A program made the position numbers and the translations under genes. The notes below the pieces were generated by a model, which worked only from the letters and a program-made list of their open reading frames with translations, ran no database searches and had not been told where the DNA came from. Shown here one piece after another: positions 9,722-18,472 of a stretch of 54,104 nt of DNA. This DNA comes from a virus. Its lineage: Duplodnaviria; Caudoviricetes. The stretch's first letter is position 1, and each line of letters starts with the position of its first letter. The stretch covers positions 1 through 54,104 of IMG/VR virus record IMGVR_UViG_3300025168_000116; one strand, given 5' to 3'.

Positions 9722-11128
9722 ATGGCAGGTTCAATAACAGGTGCTGCTGGACAACCAGCGTTAACACCATCGTCAAGTAAGGCAGCATTGCCTTCAAATT
9801 ATATTAACAACTTTGATTTTTTAAATCAATACTTACCAGACACTTACGAGAAAGAGTTTGAAAGATATGGAAACAGATCTATCAGTGCTTTCTTGAGAAT
9901 GGTTGGTGCAGAAATGCCTACTAACTCTGACCTTATTAAATGGGAAGAGCAAGGTAGACTACATACAAAGTTCGAGGGAGTAACTACAGCTACTGCTGAT
10001 GGTCAAGATAATGCTACTTTAGCTATCACTGGACACAACTTAAGAGCTGGTCAAACTATCTTCATTTCTGATGGTACGGCTGGATCTTCAGCAAGTAATA
10101 AAGCTATTGTTACTACTGCGACTAATGCTAACGATGTTACTGTAGCTTATTATGAAGCTGCTGGACAAGCGGTAGGTATGCAAGCTTCTACTAATATAGT
10201 TGTATTTGTATACGGTTCAGAGTTTAGAAAAGGATCTACCGGAATGGTTGGTTCTTTAGAGGCTGAACCAGTAATCAAGGACAATAAACCAATTATCATT
10301 AAAGATAAGTATGTTGTATCTGGTTCAGATATGGCTCAAATCGGATGGGTAGAGGTAACTTCAGAAAATGGAGCTTCAGGATACTTATGGTATATTAAGT
10401 CAGAGCACGAAACAAGATTACGTTTTGATGATTATCTTGAAATGTCAATGATTGAAGGTGTTCCAGCAGAAGCAGGTTCAGGAGCTATAGCAAGTCTTTC
10501 TCCAGCCCCAGGTGCAACTGACGCAGGTACAAAAGGTTTATTTCACGAAATTGAGAACAACGGTAACGTTTGGTCTGGTGGAAACCCTTCTGCTTTAGCT
10601 GACTTTGATGCTATTATTCAGAGATTAGATAAGCAAGGTGCTATCCAAGAGAATGTAATGTTCGTTAACAGAGAGTTCGGTTTTGATATCGATGATATGT
10701 TAGCTGCTCAAAATTCTTATGGAGCTGGTGGTACTTCTTACGGATTGTTTGACAATGACGAAGAAATGGCACTTAACCTTGGATTCTCAGGATTCAAAAG
10801 AGGATATGAGTTCTATAAGACTGACTGGAAATACCTTAACGATGCTACATTAAGAGGTGGTATTATTGGTGGAGCTGTAAATGGTGTATTAGTACCAGCA
10901 GGTTCAACTAATGTTTACGATCAAGTAATGGGTAGAAACGCTAAGAGACCATTCTTACACGTAAGATACAGAGCTTCAGAAACTGAAGATAGAAGATATA
11001 AGACTTGGATGACTGGTTCTGCTGGCGGAGCTGCAACAAGTGACTTAGATGCAATGGAAGTTAATTTCTTATCAGAAAGAGCTCTTTGTACTTTAGGTGC
11101 TAATAACTTCTTTATCTTTAAGGATTAA
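9722..11128 (+). CDS. Major capsid protein
   Basis: 468 aa after the scaffold, with biased codon use and a strong terminator downstream. The sequence style (LPDTYEKEFERYGNR...WxEQGRLH) is that of Bacteroidota podophage capsids. Confidence 0.85.
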   Translation: MAGSITGAAGQPALTPSSSKAALPSNYINNFDFLNQYLPDTYEKEFERYGNRSISAFLRMVGAEMPTNSDLIKWEEQGRLHTKFEGVTTATADGQDNATLAITGHNLRAGQTIFISDGTAGSSASNKAIVTTATNANDVTVAYYEAAGQAVGMQASTNIVVFVYGSEFRKGSTGMVGSLEAEPVIKDNKPIIIKDKYVVSGSDMAQIGWVEVTSENGASGYLWYIKSEHETRLRFDDYLEMSMIEGVPAEAGSGAIASLSPAPGATDAGTKGLFHEIENNGNVWSGGNPSALADFDAIIQRLDKQGAIQENVMFVNREFGFDIDDMLAAQNSYGAGGTSYGLFDNDEEMALNLGFSGFKRGYEFYKTDWKYLNDATLRGGIIGGAVNGVLVPAGSTNVYDQVMGRNAKRPFLHVRYRASETEDRRYKTWMTGSAGGAATSDLDAMEVNFLSERALCTLGANNFFIFKD

Positions 11129-11142
11129 GAATAACAATTACT

Positions 11143-11174
11143 AGGGGAGGGTTAATTCCCTCCTCTTTTTTTTT
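11143..11174 (+). terminator. Intrinsic terminator after major capsid gene
   Basis: GGGGAGGG-ttaatt-CCCTCCTC followed by a T run. Confidence 0.85.
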
Positions 11175-11197
11175 ACAATTAAATTAAATCTAATAAA

Positions 11198-11938
11198 ATG
11201 AAAACAGAATTAAAAGACAGGGTATATGTATTGAAATCTCAAACAACCCCTTTGAGTTATATGTTAAACTCAAGAAATACAAGAAGAGCACCATTATTAT
11301 ATTTTGACGAAGATATGGGAGTTAATAGACCACTTCGTTATGCAAGAAATCAAAAGAGTCCTTTTGAGGATGAGCAAGATGACAATGCTATTTTAGAACC
11401 AATAGTATTTGAAGATGGTTTTTTAAGTGTTCCAAAAAATAATCCAGTATTACAAAAATTTCTAAACTTACATCCTGGTATAAATAAAATATACGAAGAG
11501 GTGAACACAGAGAAAGACGCTAGTAAAGATGTTGCTAGTTTGGATAGTCAACTGGATGCAGAAATAGCTGCTAAAGAATTAGAAATAGATATGATTGAAA
11601 ACATAGCTAGACTACTAATGGGTTCTACTGTAGATAAGTTAACAAGCTCTGAATTAAGAAGAGATGTTAGATTATATGCTAGAGAATATCCATTGGAGTT
11701 TTTAGAAATGGTTGACGATCCTATGGTTAGGCTACAAGGTTTAGCTAAAAAGGCATTAGACTCTAAATTTCTTTCATTAAGAAATGGAGACAGAGATGTA
11801 TTCTTTAACCTTAAGAATAACAAGAAGAAAATGATTACTGTACCTTTTGACGAGACACCAGTGTCTGCTATATCAGCATTTTTAAAGTCTGACGAAGGTG
11901 TAGAAATTATGAAGATGTTAGAGAAAAAGGTAAATTAA
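11198..11938 (+). CDS. Hypothetical protein of the capsid module
   Basis: 246-aa ORF with an AATTAAATTAAATC start context. Confidence 0.8.
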   Translation: MKTELKDRVYVLKSQTTPLSYMLNSRNTRRAPLLYFDEDMGVNRPLRYARNQKSPFEDEQDDNAILEPIVFEDGFLSVPKNNPVLQKFLNLHPGINKIYEEVNTEKDASKDVASLDSQLDAEIAAKELEIDMIENIARLLMGSTVDKLTSSELRRDVRLYAREYPLEFLEMVDDPMVRLQGLAKKALDSKFLSLRNGDRDVFFNLKNNKKKMITVPFDETPVSAISAFLKSDEGVEIMKMLEKKVN

Positions 11939-11943
11939 TTTAC

Positions 11944-11951
11944 TATATTTG
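11944..11951 (+). promoter_or_regulatory. -7 promoter element TATATTTG driving putative sRNA
   Basis: TAnnTTTG with no ATG between it and the terminator at 11993-12021. Confidence 0.65.
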
Positions 11952-11955
11952 TGCT

Positions 11956-12021
11956 TTCATATAGTTGTTTGTTTCTTTCATAGTGAAGAGGGGAGAGGGT
12001 TGAGGCCCTCTCTTTTTTTTT
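11956..12021 (+). ncRNA. Putative trans-acting small RNA antisense to translation-start regions
   Basis: Bounded by its own promoter and terminator. ATAGTTGTTTGTTT (11961-11974) also occurs at 41849-41862 and 41983-41996, where minus-strand genes start, so it is complementary to those mRNAs. Confidence 0.55.
11993..12021 (+). terminator. Intrinsic terminator
   Basis: GAGAGGGT-tgag-GCCCTCTC followed by T9. Confidence 0.85.
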
Positions 12022-12023
12022 AC

Positions 12024-12031
12024 TATCTTTG
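12024..12031 (+). promoter_or_regulatory. -7 promoter element TATCTTTG
   Basis: Directly after the terminator U-tract, before ATG 12061. Confidence 0.7.
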
Positions 12032-12060
12032 TACTTTATTAATCCCATAAATTTTTAAAC

Positions 12061-12339
12061 ATGGAAAAATTCTTAAGTATTCCTGTAACAGGTGAACAAA
12101 ACCAGTTGGTTTCTTGTGCAGGTATAAAATTAATTGACGCAGCTTCAGCAACGGCAACCACTACAGTTATCACATATGCTGGAGGAAAAGTAGTAACATT
12201 AACACATGCAGCTCAAGTAGCTTTCAGTATGAGAGACGCTATTCAAAATGCAATGGTATCTGCTTTACAATCACAATGGCAATATGTTTCACATGATGTA
12301 GCTGTTCCACAAGCAGTTAGCGGTATCGCAATAGCTTAG
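12061..12339 (+). CDS. Small virion protein paralog 1 (decoration-like)
   Basis: Ala/Thr/Val-rich 92 aa, similar to the next two ORFs. Function is inferred from position. Confidence 0.65.
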   Translation: MEKFLSIPVTGEQNQLVSCAGIKLIDAASATATTTVITYAGGKVVTLTHAAQVAFSMRDAIQNAMVSALQSQWQYVSHDVAVPQAVSGIAIA

Positions 12340-12343
12340 TGTT

Positions 12344-12865
12344 ATGGATAAGTTTTTAAACATACCAGAACAAGATTTAGTAGTTAACGTAACTTCTATA
12401 ACTCAAATTGGATCTGCTGGTTTATCTACAACAAGTTCTACAGCTTTTGATAACGTTTCTGTCGGGGACATTGTTCATGAAGCAACTACTAATAAATATT
12501 ATTTAGTATCTGGACTTATAGATGGTAATCAGCTGAACATAACAGCTTTGGATGGTGGTGCAGTTCCAATCTTAGCTTCAAAAGAGTGTTTTATTCATTC
12601 GGCAACTACAAGTAAATCTCAGTTGGTTTCTTGTGCAGGTATTGGGTTAATTGAACAAGCTTCTACTAGTACAGTTACTATAACTTTTGATGATGCAGCT
12701 GCATCTGATGTAGTTACTATAACTCACGTTCCTCTTGGATCGGGTAGTGAAGCTATGAGAGACGCTATTCAAAATGAAGTTATAAGTGCTCTTCAAACTT
12801 CTTGGACTAGTGTTTCTAACTCAGTTGCTTTACCTAAACAAGTGATTGGTGTTAGCATAGGGTAA
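12344..12865 (+). CDS. Small virion protein paralog 2 with ~80-aa inserted domain
   Basis: Shares MxKFLxIP, QLVSCAGIxLI and MRDAIQNxxxSALQxxW with 12061-12339. Confidence 0.65.
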   Translation: MDKFLNIPEQDLVVNVTSITQIGSAGLSTTSSTAFDNVSVGDIVHEATTNKYYLVSGLIDGNQLNITALDGGAVPILASKECFIHSATTSKSQLVSCAGIGLIEQASTSTVTITFDDAAASDVVTITHVPLGSGSEAMRDAIQNEVISALQTSWTSVSNSVALPKQVIGVSIG

Positions 12866-12889
12866 TACCTTTTAACATACATTTATTAC

Positions 12890-12917
12890 AAGAGGGCTTT
12901 ATAGTCCTCTTTTTTTT
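12890..12917 (+). terminator. Intrinsic terminator
   Basis: AGAGGGCT-ttat-AGTCCTCT plus a T run that merges into TATCTTTG (12917-12924). Confidence 0.8.
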
Positions 12918-12928
12918 ATCTTTGTATT

Positions 12929-13234
12929 ATGAATAATTTTATATCTATACCAATTACTGATGGGGCTGGAAACTATAACGTCATAGTACAAACAAGTCAT
13001 ATAATTACAGCTGTCAGGCATTCATCAACTTTAACACATATACTTACACCTGCTGTAGGTGCTCAAGGAAGTGATGATATAATTGATGTTACACACGCAG
13101 CGGACACTGCTCAAAACTCAGTTGCTACAGCTATAATGATGGCGGTAGTTGCAGCCTCATCTATATTAGGTCAGAGTGGTACGGTTCGAGCTGTTGACTC
13201 TCCTGTTAATATAACTGCTGTTGATCACTCTTAA
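12929..13234 (+). CDS. Small virion protein paralog 3 (divergent; probably leaderless)
   Basis: The MNNFISIPIT...VTHAA...AIxxAVVAA pattern matches paralog 1. The ATG is 4 nt after TATCTTTG. Confidence 0.6.
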   Translation: MNNFISIPITDGAGNYNVIVQTSHIITAVRHSSTLTHILTPAVGAQGSDDIIDVTHAADTAQNSVATAIMMAVVAASSILGQSGTVRAVDSPVNITAVDHS

Positions 13235-13260
13235 AATAGCGTGTCTCTATTTTTTTTCAT

Positions 13261-13268
13261 TATCTTTG
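13261..13268 (+). promoter_or_regulatory. -7 promoter element TATCTTTG of tail operon
   Basis: Intergenic TAnnTTTG before ATG 13285. Confidence 0.7.
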
Positions 13269-13284
13269 TATCAAACATTTTTAG

Positions 13285-14070
13285 ATGATTAATACGGTAA
13301 GAAACACTGTCATGGCTGTCCTTAATAAGGATAACAATGGTTATCTTACTCCAGAAGAGTTTAACCTATTTGCTAAACAAGCGCAGTTAGAGATATTTGA
13401 AGAGTATTTTTATACTTATAATAACTGGATAAATAAGCAAAATAAGAGACTAAGCAGTACGGGGTATGCTGATATGCCTAGGCAATTAGTAGAAGTTATA
13501 GATACGTTTACTCAATTTAAAGCATTAACACTATCAACAAACAGTGAACAAACATTTGAGCTTCCTATAGATTGGTATACGTTTATATACGTGCAGTATA
13601 AGCAAGATTGTGGAGCTGCTGGAGCTTCTAACAATGAAGCGGAAAGAGTGAATGAAGGGCAAATAAATAGATTATTATCGTCTAATCTTACCTCTCCATC
13701 TAAACATCACCCTGCATATGTTTTTGCTCAACAAGGCCTTGGTATTACTCCAGGTCCTGGAACAAATACATATGGTAATTTAGGAAACCAGATAACTCTT
13801 TACCCAGCAAAAGGAGCAGGTTGCACATTAGATTGTGACTTAACCTATGTAAGATATCCAAAAGATCCTAAGTGGACTTATAACACAGTGTCGGGATCTC
13901 CTATATTTAATCAATCTGCTAGTGACTATCAAGATTTTGAACTTGCACTTTCTGATCAAGTAGAGATGACATTAAAAATATTACAGTATGCTGGTGTTAA
14001 TATAAGAGAACCAGAGATCGTTCAGTTTGCCTCTGGTCAAGAAGCAGTTAATAATCAAAGTGAATCATAA
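13285..14070 (+). CDS. Head-tail adaptor / tail ring protein
   Basis: NKxNNGYLTPEEFNLFAxQAQ N-terminus with LPxD and YxRxP motifs typical of podovirus adaptor rings. Position fits. Confidence 0.65.
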   Translation: MINTVRNTVMAVLNKDNNGYLTPEEFNLFAKQAQLEIFEEYFYTYNNWINKQNKRLSSTGYADMPRQLVEVIDTFTQFKALTLSTNSEQTFELPIDWYTFIYVQYKQDCGAAGASNNEAERVNEGQINRLLSSNLTSPSKHHPAYVFAQQGLGITPGPGTNTYGNLGNQITLYPAKGAGCTLDCDLTYVRYPKDPKWTYNTVSGSPIFNQSASDYQDFELALSDQVEMTLKILQYAGVNIREPEIVQFASGQEAVNNQSES

Positions 14071-14999
14071 TGGCTTATTTAACTAATTATCAATATTACA
14101 ACAACGGAGGTAATGCTCCTACTAACGCTAACTGGGGTAGTTACCAGTATGTTCCATTAAAGGATATAGTTAACAACTTTATGTTGATGTATGCTGATGA
14201 TGACAGTACTATAGGTAAGGTTAATAGATACGCTGTATTATTTCACGCTAAAAGAGGTATTCAAGAAATAACTTATGACGCACTTAGAAACATAAAAGTA
14301 TTAGAGTTTTGCATGGCAGAATGTGATAACTTAAAAATGATACTACCTAGTGATTATGTTAATTATGTAAGAATATCTGTAGAAAAAGATGGTGTGTTAT
14401 TCCCATTACACGAAAACCAAAGCATTAACTACGCAACTGAATATTTAAGAGATAATAATTGTGAGTTTTTATTTGATCAAGACGGAGAAGTGCTAGAAGC
14501 TGAAAACTCTCAATTAGATAGAAACAGACTTAATGGTTTACCTCAGTCTCAATTTTTAGGCGCAGGGGCAAGGTATGGTCAAATGGGGTGGAATGTAGAT
14601 GGTGAATGGTTTTTTAGATATGGGGTTGGCGGTGCTTTTTACGGATTAGATACTTCTAAGGCTAACATTAATGATAACTTTAGAATAGATAAAAAGTCTG
14701 GAGTAATTAACTTTAGCTCAGGAGTTAAAGACCAGTGTATAGTAATAGAGTATGTGTCAGATGGTATGGAGAATGGAGATGATGAATCTGTTAGTATTAA
14801 TAAGTTAGCCGAAGGATATCTATATGCTTATATAAAAGCTTCCATTTTAGAGAATAGAATAAGTGCACAAGAGTATGTGATAAGAAGAGCCAATAAAGAT
14901 AAGATGGCTAAGTTAAGAAACACTAAGATTAGATTAAGTAACATACACGCAGGTAGACTTCTTATGCCATTAAGAGGGCGTGATAAATGGATTAAATGA
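14070..14999 (+). CDS. Tail ring / tubular protein
   Basis: LPxDYVNYVRIS and IEYVSDG motifs. It precedes the nozzle gene. Confidence 0.65.
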   Translation: MAYLTNYQYYNNGGNAPTNANWGSYQYVPLKDIVNNFMLMYADDDSTIGKVNRYAVLFHAKRGIQEITYDALRNIKVLEFCMAECDNLKMILPSDYVNYVRISVEKDGVLFPLHENQSINYATEYLRDNNCEFLFDQDGEVLEAENSQLDRNRLNGLPQSQFLGAGARYGQMGWNVDGEWFFRYGVGGAFYGLDTSKANINDNFRIDKKSGVINFSSGVKDQCIVIEYVSDGMENGDDESVSINKLAEGYLYAYIKASILENRISAQEYVIRRANKDKMAKLRNTKIRLSNIHAGRLLMPLRGRDKWIK

Positions 15000-17900
15000 A
15001 AATAACCAACGGTTTCACGCAAGGTAAAATGAATAAAGACCTGGATGAGCGTTTGCTTCCAAAGGGTCAGTATAGAGATGCGCTTAATATAGAGGTTAAT
15101 AATTCTAATGGAGCTGGTGTAGGTGCTCTTGAAAATATAAAAGGGAATACTAAAACAAGTAGTTATTCGTTTCCATCAGAAGAATCTAACTTAGTAACTA
15201 TAGGAAGTATATCTAATGAATCTACGAATGATATATATTGGATGGTGTCAGGTACAGAGTTTGATTATGTATTTAGATACAATTCTTCTACAAATCTTAC
15301 TACTGCTTTATTAAAAGATACTAAAGGGAGGGTTTTAAATTTTAACTCTTCATTTTTAATTAATGGTATAAATATAATAGATGATTTACTTTTTTGGACA
15401 GATGATAAAAATCCACCGAGAAGATTAAACGTTACTAGAGTTTATGCTGCTGATGGATTTGTGGAAGATGATATATCTGTTATTGTAAAACCACCTTTAA
15501 ATGCTCCTACTGTTTCTTTAGGTAATTCTTCTGGTCCTGATAATAATAAAGAAAACAATATAGAAGATAAATTTATTCAATTCTCTTACAGATATAGATA
15601 TGAAAATGATGAGTATAGTGCTATGTCTCCATTCTCTGCTTTAGCATTTACTCCAGATGTATTCAACTATGACTATGGAGATGCAGAGCTTACCTCAATG
15701 ATTAATAAGTTTAATGAAGTTACTATAACATTTAATACTGGTAGCGAAAGAGTAAAAGATGTTCAAATTTTATTTAGAGATACCTTAGATAATACGGTAC
15801 ACGTAATAGAAAAGCTTGATAAGAGTTGGTACGCTTCTAATGAAAATTGGCAAGACAATACCAATCAAACAATAAAGTTTAGTAACAATAAAATATTTTC
15901 TGTACTACCTCCAGATGAGGTGACTAGATTATTTGACAACGTTCCGTTAAAAGCAAAAGCTCAAGATATAATAGGTAGTAGATTATTATATGGTAATTAT
16001 GTACAGTTTTTTGACATAATAGATTCTGATTTTATTGATATTACACCTAACTTTACATTAGAATACAACCTAAGTAAAAACGTTAATTTTCCATTAAGAA
16101 CATTTAAAAGTAATAGAGATTATGAGGTTGGATTAGCTTACTTAGATGACTACGGCAGAATGACAACTGTTTTAACTAGCTCAGAAAATACTGTTCACAT
16201 ACCACCTAAAAGTTCTGTAACTGCAAATAATTTAAGATTAACTATATCTAATGAAGCTCCACAATTTGCTACTAAATATAGAATTTTTATTAAACAAAAC
16301 AAAGGAGTGTATTATAGCATATTTCCTTTATACTACTACATTGATGGAGTTTTTAGATGGTTTAAAATAAGCGAGAGTGACGTAGATAAGGTTAAAGTGG
16401 GTGATTATATATCAGCTAAGATTTTTAAATCAGAGCCAATTGAAGAAGCAGAGAATTTTAAAGTAATTGAAGTAAGCGTTAAAGAAAAAGATTTTTTAAA
16501 TAATGATGAACTAGGAGGTTTGTATTTTAAAATAAAAATTGAATCAGGATCGACTTTATTTGACGGATCAGATATATTTCAAGCAAACTTTAATACTCAG
16601 GGTATAGGGTCAAATAACAATAACAACAAAAGCCAACCATATATAACTCCAGTTGGAACTGTTCTTTTTGGTCAAGGGGTTATAGATATACCTGTTTTTT
16701 ATGGTAAGTCAGCAACAAGAAATAGATTAGATTTAATACCATTTTCTAGTGGGGCTAATTCAGTTCCAACAGGGTCTAACGTAATTGATGCTAGATATAA
16801 AATATTAATGGAAGATAGCAATACTTTTTCTGTTTATGTTTTTTCGTCTAGTGGTTATGTTTTACATCCTAGTTCTCTTCTTCATTCAGTTGATATCCCC
16901 CCTAACAAACAAGTGGTACTTCTTGATGGTTATGTCCTTACACCCGTTACATATTTTAAGTTTGAATTTACATCAGGATATACAAAAGGAGATTATTGGG
17001 TAATTAACGTTAACACAGATCAAGGTTTAACCATAGGTAGAACAATGACACGTTGGGCTACTGGTGGATATCTGGGAAATGCTTTTGCTATAGTACCTGA
17101 AAACTCTTGGAGTCCAGATATTAACGCTCAAGTAAGCTTTCCTCAACCTGGATACTTTACTCAAGATAGACCTATTTTACCTGGAGCTAGGATTAGACTT
17201 AGAATTAAAGATCAGGAAGATTATGAAGAAGATGAAGAAGAAATGGCTGTTTGGCAAGAATGGCAAGAATGGATTTCTCCTAGGCAATATGCTAATCTTC
17301 AGGAATGGTTTTGGGAAAGCGGAGCTTATAGAACTTTTAAGCACCTAAATCAAAAAGAAGAAAATATAAGATGGGATAATGTGTTTTTTAGAAGAGGGTA
17401 TGGCAGAACAAACGTATCATCTAATAGTAATGACGGGATTACTAATCAAATAAACCAATCAAATATATCGACAACTACTCTTTCAACGAAACCTATATGG
17501 ATGATCATAAGGGGAACTGGACAGTCTGCTGATGGAACTAACGTTAATAAAAGACCTGTAATAAAAGTAGACTTTCAGGTTGTACAACAAACAAGTTTAA
17601 ATACCTTTGAGACAGAAGGTAAAATGAATTTAGAGGATGTTTTTTACGAAACAAATTTAACTCTTGATATTACTACAGATTCGGATGGTAAAAAAGTTCA
17701 TAGCGGAACACAACAAAATCAAATACTAGGAAGTAATGGAGCTATAGTAGACTTAAACGATTTTACTGAAAACGCTAATTTTAATGCTTACTGTTTTGGA
17801 AATGGTGTTGAGTCAATGGTTATTAGGGAAGATTGGAATGGTAGACATTTAAAATATAGCCCTAGAGCAAACTCTACTTATGATGATTACCAGCAAGAAA

Positions 17901-18469
17901 GAGTAGAAGAAGCTTTAACGTATAGTGGAGTATATAGAGAAACCAGTGGTATTAATAATCTAAACGAGTTTAATTTATCTTTAGCTAATTTTAAATATTT
18001 AGATAAGTCATTTGCATCTATACAAAAAATAAAAGCAAGAGACACAGACTTAGTTGTCTTTCAAGAAGATAAAGTTTCTAAAATATTATACGGTAAAAAT
18101 TTACTATCAGATTCTGTTGGAGGAGGTAATATAGCTAGTATACCTCAAGTTTTAGGAACACAAGTTTCTTTTGCTGGAGAGTATGGTATTAGTCAAAACC
18201 CTGAAAGCTTTGCTCAGTGGGGTAATAACATGTACTTTACTGACGAGTATAGAGGATCTGTATGTAGGTTAGCTGGTAATGGTATATTTGAAATATCATC
18301 TTTTGGGATGAGTAGTTTTTTTAGAGACTTATTTATAGATGAATCAGGCAAACAAAAAATTGGTGGTTACGATCCATTTAAAAACAAGTATGTTTTAACA
18401 GCTAGAGATGCAAGCTCATCAATAGTTATTGATTTTGAAATAATAGATAAAGATCCACAAGGAGGTTAA
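14996..18469 (+). CDS. Tail nozzle / stabilisation protein, N-terminal and central part
   Basis: F.QGKMNKDLDERL..GQYRDALN start, LLFWTD..NPPRRLN, and GEYGISxNPESF...YFTD beta-propeller motifs. Confidence 0.75.
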   Translation: MKITNGFTQGKMNKDLDERLLPKGQYRDALNIEVNNSNGAGVGALENIKGNTKTSSYSFPSEESNLVTIGSISNESTNDIYWMVSGTEFDYVFRYNSSTNLTTALLKDTKGRVLNFNSSFLINGINIIDDLLFWTDDKNPPRRLNVTRVYAADGFVEDDISVIVKPPLNAPTVSLGNSSGPDNNKENNIEDKFIQFSYRYRYENDEYSAMSPFSALAFTPDVFNYDYGDAELTSMINKFNEVTITFNTGSERVKDVQILFRDTLDNTVHVIEKLDKSWYASNENWQDNTNQTIKFSNNKIFSVLPPDEVTRLFDNVPLKAKAQDIIGSRLLYGNYVQFFDIIDSDFIDITPNFTLEYNLSKNVNFPLRTFKSNRDYEVGLAYLDDYGRMTTVLTSSENTVHIPPKSSVTANNLRLTISNEAPQFATKYRIFIKQNKGVYYSIFPLYYYIDGVFRWFKISESDVDKVKVGDYISAKIFKSEPIEEAENFKVIEVSVKEKDFLNNDELGGLYFKIKIESGSTLFDGSDIFQANFNTQGIGSNNNNNKSQPYITPVGTVLFGQGVIDIPVFYGKSATRNRLDLIPFSSGANSVPTGSNVIDARYKILMEDSNTFSVYVFSSSGYVLHPSSLLHSVDIPPNKQVVLLDGYVLTPVTYFKFEFTSGYTKGDYWVINVNTDQGLTIGRTMTRWATGGYLGNAFAIVPENSWSPDINAQVSFPQPGYFTQDRPILPGARIRLRIKDQEDYEEDEEEMAVWQEWQEWISPRQYANLQEWFWESGAYRTFKHLNQKEENIRWDNVFFRRGYGRTNVSSNSNDGITNQINQSNISTTTLSTKPIWMIIRGTGQSADGTNVNKRPVIKVDFQVVQQTSLNTFETEGKMNLEDVFYETNLTLDITTDSDGKKVHSGTQQNQILGSNGAIVDLNDFTENANFNAYCFGNGVESMVIREDWNGRHLKYSPRANSTYDDYQQERVEEALTYSGVYRETSGINNLNEFNLSLANFKYLDKSFASIQKIKARDTDLVVFQEDKVSKILYGKNLLSDSVGGGNIASIPQVLGTQVSFAGEYGISQNPESFAQWGNNMYFTDEYRGSVCRLAGNGIFEISSFGMSSFFRDLFIDESGKQKIGGYDPFKNKYVLTARDASSSIVIDFEIIDKDPQGG

Positions 18470-18472
18470 ACA

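Noticed and set aside
12103-12776. Diversity-generating retroelement TR/VR pair
   Set aside because: No reverse transcriptase is present, the differences are not adenine-specific, and both copies are coding.
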